Positions 1-9,978 of a DNA stretch of 64,000 nucleotides are shown in pieces. Source of the stretch: an uncultured Thermoanaerobaculia bacterium. Its GTDB lineage: Bacteria > Acidobacteriota > Thermoanaerobaculia > Multivoradales > JAGPDF01. The stretch lies in contig CAZUAT010000006.1 of assembly GCA_964618415.1 (NCBI GenBank), positions 1,025-65,024 on the forward strand. Direction: 5' to 3'. The notes beneath the pieces were generated by a model, which saw only the letters and a list, made by a program, of their open reading frames with translations, ran no database searches and was not told the origin of the DNA. Positions within the stretch are counted from its first letter, which is position 1. Every line of letters begins with the position of its first letter. Both the position numbers and the translations under genes were made by a program.

Positions 1-1040
1 CGATCGGTGGCGCTCGCGTACTCGACCCTCCCGAGCGCGGCGAGCGCCGCATGCTCGGGGCCGACCGCCGGGTAGTCGAGACCGGCGGACACGGAATGCG
101 TGGCTGCGACCTGGCCATGCCGGTCCTGCAGCACGACGGTGCGCGTGCCGTGCAGCACGCCGGGCGCGGCGCCGTGGCGGGCGAAGCGCGCCGCGTGCTG
201 CCCCGCCGCCGTTCCGGTGCCGCCCGCCTCGACGCCGACCAGTTCGACCTTCGGCTCGTCGAGGAAGGCCGTGAACAGGCCGATCGCGTTCGATCCGCCA
301 CCGACGCAGGCGATCGCCAGATCCGGCAGCTTGTGACCGGTCACCTCGCGGATCTGTCGCCGTGCCTCGTCACCGATCACGCGCTGCAGGTCGCGCACCA
401 TACGTGGGAACGGATCCGGGCCGAGCACCGAGCCGAGCAGGTAGTGGGTGGTGCGCACGTGGGTGACCCAGTCGCGCATCGCCTCGTTGATCGCGTCCTT
501 GAGCGTGCGACTGCCGCTGTCGACCGGCACCACCTCGGCGCCGAGCAGGTGCATCCGCTCGACGTTCGGGCGCTGGCGACGCATGTCCTCCGAGCCCATG
601 TAGACGACGCAGTCGAGGCCGAGCAGCGCCGCGGCCGTTGCAGTCGCGACACCGTGCTGCCCGGCGCCGGTCTCGGCGACCAGCCGGCGCTTGCCCATCG
701 TCTGCGCGAGCAGCGCCTGGCCGAGCGCGTTGTTGAGCTTGTGCGCTCCGGTGTGCAGCAGGTCCTCGCGCTTGAGCACGATGCGCGCACCACCCAGCCC
801 GGCCGACAGGCGATCGGCCGGCCAGAGCGGCGTCGGGCGGCCGGCGTAGCGCCGCAGCAGCTCGTCGAGCTGGCGCCGGAACGAACGGCTGCGCCGCGCC
901 CGGTCCCAGCCGCGAGCGAGCTCCTCGACCGGCGCCATCAACGTCTCGGGCACGAAGCGCCCGCCGAACTCGCCGAAGTGGCCGGCCGCATCGGGCCAGG
1001 CGGCGGGGCGTCCACCGCGCGCGCGTCGCACACTGCTCAT
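1..1040 (-). CDS. trpB: tryptophan synthase beta subunit (3' end runs off the window edge)
   Basis: My own translation of the minus strand from ATG 1040 gives [10 protein letters not shown]...[49 protein letters not shown]...[13 protein letters not shown]. This includes the PLP-lysine motif HTGAHK and the GGGSNA loop. The ATG overlaps the trpF stop (ATGA). The gene is absent from the ORF track because it is open at position 1. Confidence 0.93.
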   Translation of the reverse strand, partial: MSSVRRARGGRPAAWPDAAGHFGEFGGRFVPETLMAPVEELARGWDRARRSRSFRRQLDELLRRYAGRPTPLWPADRLSAGLGGARIVLKREDLLHTGAHKLNNALGQALLAQTMGKRRLVAETGAGQHGVATATAAALLGLDCVVYMGSEDMRRQRPNVERMHLLGAEVVPVDSGSRTLKDAINEAMRDWVTHVRTTHYLLGSVLGPDPFPRMVRDLQRVIGDEARRQIREVTGHKLPDLAIACVGGGSNAIGLFTAFLDEPKVELVGVEAGGTGTAAGQHAARFARHGAAPGVLHGTRTVVLQDRHGQVAATHSVSAGLDYPAVGPEHAALAALGRVEYASATD

Positions 1041-1744
1041 CGTTCGACCTCCTCCTGCAGCGCTGCGAACAGCCGCCGCAGCAGTTCGCCATCCTTGATC
1101 CCCGGTGCCGACTCCACCCCGGAGGCCACGTCGATGCCGCGCGCGCCGCTCCCGCGCAGCGCCGTCGCCGCGTTGTCCGGCCGCACGCCGCCGGCCACGA
1201 AGACCGGGACCGGGCTCGCCGTCTTGACCAGCGAGCGAGCCCCGGTCCAGTCCCAGGCCTGGCCGGTGCCGCCGCGCCGGGCGCCTGCGGTGGGCGATTC
1301 GAAAAGAAAGGCAAAGACAAAGGCTTTCTGTCGAGAGACAAAGGCGCTGTTCGAGCGTTTGTGGCTGCTCCGGGCTGTCGCGGTCGTGGGAGCGGACGCT
1401 CCCCCGGACGTCACGGATAGCGCGCGCACGGTCCGCTCTCCGAAGCGGGCGCTGACGCTCTGCGGCTCGTCGCCGTGGAGCTGGATCAGATCGAGGCCGA
1501 CCTCTCCGGCGACCTCCTCGATCCAGGCCGGCGGCTGGTCGACAAAGACGCCGACCACACGCACGGCGGGATCGGCGAGGCGCGCGGCCTCGGCCACGGC
1601 GCGGGCACGCTCGAGGTCAGCAAGGTGCCGCGGCGAGCGCGGCCAGAAGTTGATGCCGACGAAGCCGGCACCGAGCGTGGCCGCGAGGGCGCCGTCCTCC
1701 GGTCGCGTCACACCGCAGACCTTCACCCACGGCGAGTCCGGCAT
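1037..1744 (-). CDS. trpF: phosphoribosylanthranilate isomerase
   Basis: Inner part of ORF 1037..2257. It starts [18 protein letters not shown] and contains [16 protein letters not shown] and VAGGVRPDN. It has an ATGA overlap with trpB and its start lies 3 nt after the trpC stop. It contains a low-GC segment (1299-1360) that makes one loop longer than in the TrpF proteins I remember. Confidence 0.9.
   Translation of the reverse strand: MPDSPWVKVCGVTRPEDGALAATLGAGFVGINFWPRSPRHLADLERARAVAEAARLADPAVRVVGVFVDQPPAWIEEVAGEVGLDLIQLHGDEPQSVSARFGERTVRALSVTSGGASAPTTATARSSHKRSNSAFVSRQKAFVFAFLFESPTAGARRGGTGQAWDWTGARSLVKTASPVPVFVAGGVRPDNAATALRGSGARGIDVASGVESAPGIKDGELLRRLFAALQEEVER
1299..1360 (+). repeat. 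low-GC purine-rich element, copy A (inside trpF)
   Basis: The sequence gaaaagaaaggcaaagacaaaggctttctgtcgagagacaaaggcg is an island of A/G in a roughly 70% GC gene. Positions 1307-1328, AAAGGCAAAGACAAAGGCTTTC, match 2489-2511 with one indel. Confidence 0.7.
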
Positions 1745-1746
1745 GG

Positions 1747-2759
<1,013 letters not shown>

Positions 2760-2760
<1 letters not shown>

Positions 2761-3767
2761 CACCGGAAGCTCCGCAGCTGCTCGAGCTTGGTGCGGGCGG
2801 CTCCCGTGGCGAGCAGTTCGCGCGCGGCCGCCGCGCCGTCGCGCAGCGTCGCCGCGCGCCCCGCGACGTAGAGCGCGGCTCCGGCGTTGACGGCGACCAG
2901 CTCGGCGAGCGCCCCGCCCTCGCCGTCCACCAGCCGCTCCAGCCGCGTTGCGTTCTCCTCCGGCGTCCCCCCGGCCAGCTCGTCGAGCCGCACCCGCGGC
3001 GCGCCGAGGTCGGCGGCGTCGAGTTCGAACAGCCGGACCTGCCGCTCCCGCACTTCGGCGACCCGGGTCGTCGTCGTCGTCGTGATCTCGTCGAGCCCGT
3101 CGCGGCCGTGGACGACCAGCGCATGCTCGGCGCCGAGCCCGGCGAGGACCTTGGCCACCGGCTCGACCCGCTCGGCGGCGTACACCCCGACGAGCTGCCG
3201 GCGGGCGCCCGCCGGATTGGTGAGCGGGCCGAGGAGGTTGAAGATCGTGCGCACGCCCAGCGCGCGGCGCACCGGGGCGACCGCGCGGGTCGCCGGATGG
3301 TGCAGCGGCGCGAACAGGAAGGCGATCCCGATCTCGTCCAGCTGCCGCCCCGAGGCCTCCGGTTCGACTTCGACCGGGACACCGAGCGCGGCCAGCAGGT
3401 CCGAGCTGCCCGAGCGCGACGAGATCGCCCGGTTGCCGTGCTTGGCCACCGGCGCGCCACCGGCGGCGGCCACCAGCGCCGCGGCAGTCGAAATGTTGAA
3501 CGTGCCGCGCCCGTCGCCACCGGTGCCGCAGGTGTCGATCGCGTCGTGGCGTCCGTGCGGGACCCGGAGCGCGCGCTCGCGCATGGCGGCGGCCGCGCCG
3601 AGGATCTCGTCGACCGATTCCCCCTTGGCCGCCAGGGCGGTGAGCAGCGCCGCGATCATCGGCTCGCCGACGGCACCGTCCATGATGCGGCCGAACAGCT
3701 CCGTCACCTCGCCGCGCCCGAGGCTGTCGCCGGCGAGCAGCCGCGCCAGCAGCGCGCTCTCGCTCAT
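2760..3767 (-). CDS. trpD: anthranilate phosphoribosyltransferase
   Basis: ORF 2760..3809, using the start MSESALLARLL at ATG 3767, which overlaps the trpG stop (ATGA). Motifs present are CGTGGDGRGTFNIST and KHGNRAISSRSGSSD. Confidence 0.93.
3067..3084 (-). repeat. trinucleotide microsatellite (GTC)5GTG, encoding a poly-Thr run in TrpD
   Basis: The plus strand reads gtcgtcgtcgtcgtcgtg. On the minus strand this is ACG x5 plus ACC, giving EITTTTTTRV. Confidence 0.8.
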
Positions 3768-4369
3768 CGCGACTCCGCCTCGGTATCCGCCTCCGCCCAC
3801 TCGGCGCACAGGGCAAGGAAGTTGTCGACCAGCTGCGGACCGGCCAGGGTGAGCACCGACTCCGGATGAAACTGCACCCCCCAGTACGGCAGCTCGCGAT
3901 GGCGCATCGCCATCACCAGCCCGTCGTCCTCGCTCCAGGCGACCGCTTCGAGGTCGGCCGGCAGCGAGGCCTCGTCGACGGTCAGCGAGTGGTAGCGGGT
4001 CGCCTCGAACGGATTCGGAACCCCCGCCAGCAGCCCCTCGCCGCGATGCCGCACCGACGACGTCTTGCCGTGGCGCGGCGCCGGCGCGCGGTCGACCGCG
4101 GCGCCAAACGACAGGCCGAGCGCCTGATGCCCGAGGCAGACGCCGAAGATGGGCAGGCGCGGCCGCCGCTCCAGCAGCGGCAGGCAGACGCCCGCCTGCT
4201 CCGGCCGGCCGGGCCCGGGCGAGAGCAGGATGCCGCGCGGCCGCCGCGCCAGCATCTCGTCGACCGACTCGGCGTCGTTGCGTAGCACCAGCGGTTCGGC
4301 GCCGGCGACCGCCAGCAGCTGCACCAGGTTGAAGGTGAACGAGTCGTAGTTGTCGATCACCAGAATCAC
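3764..4369 (-). CDS. trpG: anthranilate synthase component II (glutamine amidotransferase)
   Basis: C-terminal part of ORF 3764..5431. It reads VILVIDNYDSFTFNLVQ..., with the catalytic GVCLGHQ and FHPES. The GTG 4369 start overlaps the trpE stop (GTGA). Confidence 0.9.
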   Translation of the reverse strand: MILVIDNYDSFTFNLVQLLAVAGAEPLVLRNDAESVDEMLARRPRGILLSPGPGRPEQAGVCLPLLERRPRLPIFGVCLGHQALGLSFGAAVDRAPAPRHGKTSSVRHRGEGLLAGVPNPFEATRYHSLTVDEASLPADLEAVAWSEDDGLVMAMRHRELPYWGVQFHPESVLTLAGPQLVDNFLALCAEWAEADTEAESR

Positions 4370-5823
4370 GGCCGCCCCTCCTCGGCGCTCTCCAGCTGCT
4401 CGGCCAGCGCGACCGCGGCCAGCAGCCCGGCGGCCTTGTTCTCCGTTTCGGCCTGCTCGGCAGCCGGATCGGAGTCGGCGACGATCCCGGCGCCGGCGGT
4501 CACCGACACTTCGCGTCCCTCCGCCATCGGCCGCACGACCAGGGTGCGGATGGTGATGCAGGCGTCGAGGTCGCCGCTGAATCCGATGTAGCCGGTGGCG
4601 CCGGCGTAGAGCCCGCGCGCCTCCGGTTCGAGCGAGTCGAGGATCTCGATGGCGCGCAGCTTGGGTGCCCCCGACACGGTGCCAGCGGGGAAAGTGGCGA
4701 GCAGCACGTCCAGCGCGTCGCGACCGGGTGCCAGCTCGCCCTCGACGCCGGAGACCAGGTGCATGACGTGGCTGTACCGCTCGACCTCCAGGAACGAACG
4801 CACCTCGACACTCCCCGGCCGGCAGACCCGCCCCAGGTCGTTGCGTCCGAGGTCGACGAGCATCACGTGCTCGGCGCGCTCCTTCGGGTCGGCGAGCAGT
4901 TCGGCAGCCAGCGCGGCGTCGGCGGTCGCGTCGCCGCCGCGTCGGCGCGTGCCGGCGATCGGCCGGGTGACGACCCGGTCGCCGGTGAGCCGGACCAGCG
5001 CCTCCGGCGAGGCTCCGACCAGCGCCGCCTCGGGCAGCTCGAGCAGCACCATGTACGGACTCGGATTGATCCGGCGCAGGGCACGGTAGAGCGCCAGCGG
5101 TGAGGCGGTGGCACGAGCGACGAACCGGCGCGCCAGCACGACCTGAAAGATGTCGCCGGCGGCGATTCGCTCGCGCGCGGACGCAACCGCGGCGCGAAAT
5201 GCGGCGCCGTCCGGAGTTGCGGTGACCGGCGTCGGCGGCTGAGGCAATGTCGCGGGCAGCCGCACCGGCCGCGCCGCCGCGCCGTCGCCGAGAGCTGCTT
5301 CGAGGCGGTCGAGGGCCGCCTGCGCCTCCGCGGCGTCGCGTTCTCCAGGGATCTCGTGCGCCACCAGCAGCAGCTTCTGCTCGACATGGTCGAAGACGAC
5401 GACGTCGTCGAATCGCCCCAGCACCGCCCACGGTAGCTGCCAGGGGTCTGGCGGTCGGCCGGGCAGCCGTTCGACCGCCCGCACCAGATCGAACCCGAAG
5501 GTGCCGACGAAGCCGCCTGCGAACGGCACCCCCGCACGCTCGGCGCGCACCGCCGCCAGCTCGGCACGCAGCAGCGCCAGCGGCTCGCCGCGCCGCACCT
5601 CGGTGCCGCCGCCGGCTTCCACCTCGAGGCGATCGGCAAAGAGCCGCAGCAGCCGGCTCGGTCCGGCGCCGAGGAAACTCCAGCGCGCGACCTGCTCGCC
5701 GCCGGTGACGCTCTCGAAAAGGAAGCGCACCGGCGAGATCCGCCCCAGGCGCTCACAGGCCGCCAGCGGCGTCAGGGCGTCGGCGAGCAGCTCACGGGTG
5801 TGTGCGCGTGAGAGACCGCTCAT
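4366..5823 (-). CDS. trpE: anthranilate synthase component I
   Basis: ORF of 485 aa with a chorismate-binding domain (GTVSGAPKLRAIEILDSLEPEARGLYAGATGY). The ATG overlaps the aroDE stop (ATGA). Confidence 0.93.
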   Translation of the reverse strand: MSGLSRAHTRELLADALTPLAACERLGRISPVRFLFESVTGGEQVARWSFLGAGPSRLLRLFADRLEVEAGGGTEVRRGEPLALLRAELAAVRAERAGVPFAGGFVGTFGFDLVRAVERLPGRPPDPWQLPWAVLGRFDDVVVFDHVEQKLLLVAHEIPGERDAAEAQAALDRLEAALGDGAAARPVRLPATLPQPPTPVTATPDGAAFRAAVASARERIAAGDIFQVVLARRFVARATASPLALYRALRRINPSPYMVLLELPEAALVGASPEALVRLTGDRVVTRPIAGTRRRGGDATADAALAAELLADPKERAEHVMLVDLGRNDLGRVCRPGSVEVRSFLEVERYSHVMHLVSGVEGELAPGRDALDVLLATFPAGTVSGAPKLRAIEILDSLEPEARGLYAGATGYIGFSGDLDACITIRTLVVRPMAEGREVSVTAGAGIVADSDPAAEQAETENKAAGLLAAVALAEQLESAEEGRP

Positions 5824-7307
5824 TCGCCGAGTCCCAGCACTCTGCGCCCCAGATCGACGGGCAGCTCGCGTCCGGTCATGGCGCGGAACTGTGGGATCGC
5901 CTGGGCGAGCAGAACCTCCCGGCCGTCGATCGCCGTCAGGCCGCGGCGCCGCGCCGCCGCCACGAGAGCGGTCGGGGCCTCGCCATAGACCAGATCGACG
6001 ACGACGGCATCCGGGCGCAGGCGGTCGACCGGAAACGGAAGCTCGTCGGGCACTGCGTGTCCGAGCGGCGTGGCGTTGACCAGCAGATCGGGCACACCAG
6101 GGTCGAAGTCGACAGTCAGGACGAACGGCAGCGAGAGGGTGCGCGCCGCGGCCAGACCGCGCTCGCTGCCGCGATGGACGAACTCCACCGTTGCGCCGGC
6201 CTGCGCCAGGCCGAGCGCCGCCGCCCGGCCCGCCCCGCCGCAGCCGAACACCGCCGCGCGGCGCCCGCGCGGATCGATGCCGCGCGCCGCCAGCGCGCCG
6301 ACGACGCCTTCTGCGTCGGTCGACTCGCCCTCCCAGACGCCGTCGCGCCGGGTCAGCGTGTTGACCGCCTGCAGCCGGTTCGCGAGCGGACTGGTCGCGC
6401 CGGCGATCGCGAAGGCCACATCCTTGTGCGGCGTGGTCACCGACAGGCCTTCGAGCGGCAGCGCGAGAATGGACAGCGTCGCCGGTTCCACGACCTCGAG
6501 CCAGAACTCTCCGAACTGCGGCACCTCGAACGGCAGGTAGAGCGCCGGAATGCCGAGCGCCCGGTAGGCCGCGTTGTGCAGGCGCGGCGAGAGCGAGCCG
6601 AGCGCGCGTTCGCCCACGACACCGAACAGGCGCTCGACCGGCGGCAGCCCGGGCAGGCCGAAATCTCTCAGCAGCCGCTCGACGGTCGGCTGGCCCGGCG
6701 CCGCCGCGCGTCCGATGCCCGCGTAGACCACCGGAGCGCCGAGCCGCGGCGCGACCAGCCGCGTCCAGCTGCCGGTCGCCCCGCCGGCGAAAGCGATCAG
6801 ATCGTGGCGACCCAGGCTGTGCAGCAGTACCAGCGGCGCCAGCTCCTCACCCGACGCCTCGGCGGTCGGCACGATCTTGTACAGCCGGGCGGGCGTGCGC
6901 GACATGTGGTCGAACCGACCGCGCAGCGCCGCCAGATCGGCTGCCGGACCGTGCCAGCTGATGATCCGCTGCTCCGCCCGCACGGCGTCCAGCAGGCCGG
7001 GTTGCAGGTCGCGGTCGGCCTCCAGGTCGACGAGGTCGTAGCGCGGCGCCATCGCTTCGATCCGACGCCGGCGCGCCTCGCGCGGGCCGCCGGCCGCGCC
7101 TCCCTCGGCCCGACTGCGCAGGGTGTAGAGCCACCGGCCGGGAAAATGCGCGCGCAACGGCGCCGGATCGACGTCCCCGACGAGGTCGGCGCGGACTTCG
7201 ATCCAGTCCACCTGCCCCGCCAGCTCCACGAGCCGCGCCGGTTCGAGCGCCGATCGGTCGGCCGCCGTCGCCACGATCGTCGCCCGCGGCTCACCGCGAT
7301 CCGTCAC
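5820..7307 (-). CDS. aroDE: bifunctional 3-dehydroquinate dehydratase (type I) / shikimate 5-dehydrogenase
   Basis: ORF 5820..7319. The N-terminal half has type I DHQase features (IISWHG His, ARLYKIV Lys). The C-terminal half is AroE-like (SLSPRLHNAAY, VTTPHK, FGCGGAGRA). I prefer the GTG 7307 start because the SD GGGAGG lies 4 nt upstream; the ORF track uses TTG 7319. Confidence 0.88.
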   Translation of the reverse strand: MTDRGEPRATIVATAADRSALEPARLVELAGQVDWIEVRADLVGDVDPAPLRAHFPGRWLYTLRSRAEGGAAGGPREARRRRIEAMAPRYDLVDLEADRDLQPGLLDAVRAEQRIISWHGPAADLAALRGRFDHMSRTPARLYKIVPTAEASGEELAPLVLLHSLGRHDLIAFAGGATGSWTRLVAPRLGAPVVYAGIGRAAAPGQPTVERLLRDFGLPGLPPVERLFGVVGERALGSLSPRLHNAAYRALGIPALYLPFEVPQFGEFWLEVVEPATLSILALPLEGLSVTTPHKDVAFAIAGATSPLANRLQAVNTLTRRDGVWEGESTDAEGVVGALAARGIDPRGRRAAVFGCGGAGRAAALGLAQAGATVEFVHRGSERGLAAARTLSLPFVLTVDFDPGVPDLLVNATPLGHAVPDELPFPVDRLRPDAVVVDLVYGEAPTALVAAARRRGLTAIDGREVLLAQAIPQFRAMTGRELPVDLGRRVLGLGE

Positions 7308-7317
7308 CGTGCCTCCC

Positions 7318-7356
7318 AAAACGCAACAACCTCCTTCCGGTCATCCCGGAAGGAGG
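7318..7356 (-). terminator. intrinsic-terminator-like hairpin plus U tract; candidate trp attenuator
   Basis: The minus strand reads CCUCCUUCCGG-gauga-CCGGAAGGAGG, a perfect 11-bp stem with a 5-nt loop (7356-7330). It is followed by UUGUUGCGUUUU and lies 10-25 nt upstream of the aroDE SD and start. Confidence 0.6.
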
Positions 7357-7425
7357 TCGCTCTGGCGCTCCGCGCGCCGTTCGGTCTCGCCCCGGGTCGG
7401 CCGGGGTCGGGTCCGTCGCCCGGCC

Positions 7426-7503
7426 TCAGCCTGCGTGCATGTCGGTGCCGCACCACCAGCGGTGGCCGGACCGACGCGCGCCTGCCGAGACCGTCGACTC
7501 CAT
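7426..7503 (-). CDS. candidate trp leader peptide, MESTVSAGARRSGHRWWCGTDMHAG
   Basis: A 25-codon ORF runs from ATG 7503 to TGA 7426 and has adjacent TGG TGG codons at 7458-7453. It lies between a promoter-like element and the terminator hairpin, upstream of the trp operon. It is the tail of the spurious ORF 7426..8340 in the track. Confidence 0.55.
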   Translation of the reverse strand: MESTVSAGARRSGHRWWCGTDMHAG

Positions 7504-7513
7504 CGTGCGGCGG

Positions 7514-7542
7514 ATCTGACCAGAGCCCGCCGGGCCTGTCAA
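7514..7542 (-). promoter_or_regulatory. sigma70-like promoter candidate (TTGACA, 17 nt spacer, TCAGAT)
   Basis: On the minus strand the -35 TTGACA is at 7542-7537, followed by a 17-nt spacer and a -10 TCAGAT at 7519-7514. The leader ATG is only 10 nt downstream, so the leader mRNA would be nearly leaderless. The -10 element is weak. Confidence 0.3.
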
Positions 7543-7568
7543 GGCAGCGACCTGCGGGCCCGCACGCT

Positions 7569-9104
7569 CTATGGCGCCGTGGCGCTCCAGCCGGTGGTCG
7601 AGCCGTTGTTGAAGCCGTGGCGGAAGATCACGCTGGTACCGGGCTCGAATCCCAGGCAGGCCGGGAAACTCGCCGCGCGCGACACGACGTGCGAGACCAT
7701 CTGCGCCGGCACCCGATCGGGCGCCACGCCGTACGGGTGCCCCTGCCCGAACGTGTAGCTGACATTGCCGGTGACTCCACCGCTCAGCAGGTGGCAGTAG
7801 GACATGACCGTGCCGTTGGCCTGACCGGGCGATCCTCCCGTCGTGCTGCCCAGCCCCGGAAGGGTCGCCGGCGCGCCGCCAGGGTTGCAGGCGCAGCCGC
7901 TCACGTTCCAGTTCTGGGTCCCCGCGTTGCAGCTGTCCCCGTTGCCCTGCTCGTTGACGTAGCAGCGGTCGACCTGGCTCGGATTGCCACCGTTGTTGGC
8001 ATAGCAGTGGGTGTGCCGCGACGAGAAGTTGTGGCCGATCTCGTGCGAGGTCGCCATCAGGTCCCACACCACGGTCGGATTCTCGTAGGTGAAGTTGCCG
8101 GTCATGTTGCCGGTATAGCCGTACGCGCCGCCGTAGTTGCCACTGCCGGTGAACGTACACCCGGAGCCGGTGGTGTTGTAGTTGAACGGTCCGCCGCACA
8201 GCACGCTGAGCCAGGCCACGCCGCCGCCCGACGACTTGCCGCTCATCATGTGGGCGATGGTGCGCGTCTGGCCCACCATGTTGTCGTTCCAGTGCTTGCC
8301 GAAGTCGAACAGGTTGCAGATCGAGCTGGTCTGGTTCCATGGGTCGGCGGCGCTCGTCCAGAGGCGCAGATAGGAGATCTGCAGCGACGTGCCGACCTCC
8401 TCCTCGTAAAGGAGCGACATGTAGGCCATCAGGTCGGCCACGTAGTTGACCGCATCCTCGGTGTCGCCGAACCGGCTGTAGAACTCGAAGTCGGAGTCGA
8501 TGGCCACCCGCGCGGTGTAGCCCGGCGGCGTCCCGCCGAGCGGAGCGGCCTCGGGCACGGCGGCCGCGCCGAAGTCGAGCGGATCACCGGGCTGGGCGAG
8601 ATCCGGCTGCTCGCAGCGGAACGACCGACCCTCTGGTCGGGCGACGTCGACGCGGCGCACCTGCGGCACGCCGTCGGCGCCGGGCAGGATCAGGCGGAAG
8701 CCGTGCCAGTCGGAGGCGATGCCGCGCACGGTCCCGTCCGCGAGCGCCGAAACGAGGACCCGGGAGCCGGGTACTCCCTCGAACACGCCGCTGAATCGCA
8801 CCGTTCCCGGTCGATCGAGAAGGCGCTCGGACTGACCGTCGTGAGCCACCAGGCGCGCGTCCTCGGTGAACACCTCGACGCGCGCACCGACGAACGTCTC
8901 GGCGCGCGCTGCGTCCGGATCGTGAATGCCCACGATCCGCACAGCGGCAGCGGGAGCGAGCGCGGGGGCAACCCTCGCGAGATCCGCGGCGGCAATCTCG
9001 CGCGGCGGCGACTGTGGTCCACCGTCCGAGGCGGCAGCAACGGCTCCGCCGGCGCAGGTCGCCACAATGGCGATACCGGCAATCCACTCGAATCGCTTGA
9101 TCAT
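7569..9104 (-). CDS. secreted zinc metalloprotease (metzincin, reprolysin-like)
   Basis: ORF of 511 aa with an N-terminal signal-like segment (IAGIAIVATCAGGAVAAA). It has the metzincin motif HEIGHNFSSRH and a Cys-rich C-terminal half. Confidence 0.85.
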   Translation of the reverse strand: MIKRFEWIAGIAIVATCAGGAVAAASDGGPQSPPREIAAADLARVAPALAPAAAVRIVGIHDPDAARAETFVGARVEVFTEDARLVAHDGQSERLLDRPGTVRFSGVFEGVPGSRVLVSALADGTVRGIASDWHGFRLILPGADGVPQVRRVDVARPEGRSFRCEQPDLAQPGDPLDFGAAAVPEAAPLGGTPPGYTARVAIDSDFEFYSRFGDTEDAVNYVADLMAYMSLLYEEEVGTSLQISYLRLWTSAADPWNQTSSICNLFDFGKHWNDNMVGQTRTIAHMMSGKSSGGGVAWLSVLCGGPFNYNTTGSGCTFTGSGNYGGAYGYTGNMTGNFTYENPTVVWDLMATSHEIGHNFSSRHTHCYANNGGNPSQVDRCYVNEQGNGDSCNAGTQNWNVSGCACNPGGAPATLPGLGSTTGGSPGQANGTVMSYCHLLSGGVTGNVSYTFGQGHPYGVAPDRVPAQMVSHVVSRAASFPACLGFEPGTSVIFRHGFNNGSTTGWSATAP

Positions 9105-9175
9105 GGTCGGCTCCGTCTTCGGCCTGCAGAGAACTGTCGGCCGAGCTTACACCCCCGGGCCGGGCACCGGGCAGG

Positions 9176-9895
9176 TCAGAGTTCGGCCCGCACCCAGGCG
9201 GAGCGCCGCATCCGACCGGCGATTCGCTCGATCTGGCGCTGGTAACCGCGGCTGCTGACCCCCGGGTGCCAGCTCGAGGGGCGGGAGAGCCCCGCGGCCA
9301 GCTGCGCCGCCTCGCCCGCGTCCAGCGCCGCCGCCGACTTGCCGAAATATCGCCGGGCGGCGTTCTCGCATCCCCAGACGCCCGGCCCGAACTCGACGAC
9401 GTTGAGGTAAGTCTCCAGGATCCGTCGCTTGTCCAGGTGACGCTCGAGCTGCCGGGTCAGCAGCGCCTCCTCGACCTTGCGCAACGGGTTGCGGGAGGGC
9501 GACAGCCAGAGGTTCTTGGCCAGCTGCTGGGTCAGCGTCGAGGCGCCACGCGGCAGCTCCCTCTCCTCCCAGGCCTGCTTCGCCGCGGCACGGATCTCCT
9601 CCACCGCAAAGCCGCGGTGCGAGAAGAAGTCGATGTCCTCGGCCACCACCACGGCGTGCTTGAGTTCCGCCGAAATCGCGCGGTAGGCAACGAAGCGCAG
9701 GCGGGCGTCGCCACGTCGGCCGGCCGCTTTCTCGGCGGCGTTCCAGCGCTCCAGAAACGCCGTGGTCGCGGGATTCTCGCGCGCCAGCGCGGCCACGTCG
9801 GGCCAGGTGGCGACCCGGTAGCCGGCCCAGCCGGCCGGCGCCAGCGCCAGCAGTGTGAGCGCGCGCACGATCCACCGCCGCAGACTGCGTCTCAT
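9176..9895 (-). CDS. mtgA: monofunctional peptidoglycan glycosyltransferase
   Basis: Inner part of ORF 9176..10114, starting at MRRSLRRWIVRALTLLALAP (ATG 9895). GT51 motifs are present: EDIDFFSHRGF, RGASTLTQQLAKNL and KRRILETYLNVVEFG. Confidence 0.88.
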   Translation of the reverse strand: MRRSLRRWIVRALTLLALAPAGWAGYRVATWPDVAALARENPATTAFLERWNAAEKAAGRRGDARLRFVAYRAISAELKHAVVVAEDIDFFSHRGFAVEEIRAAAKQAWEERELPRGASTLTQQLAKNLWLSPSRNPLRKVEEALLTRQLERHLDKRRILETYLNVVEFGPGVWGCENAARRYFGKSAAALDAGEAAQLAAGLSRPSSWHPGVSSRGYQRQIERIAGRMRRSAWVRAEL

Positions 9896-9978
9896 GCCGA
9901 TCCACCCCGGTGGGACCACGCCGCCGCGCACCTCATGTCGAGAAAGCTTGCCACGGTGCGCTGCTAGATTGAGCGGCA

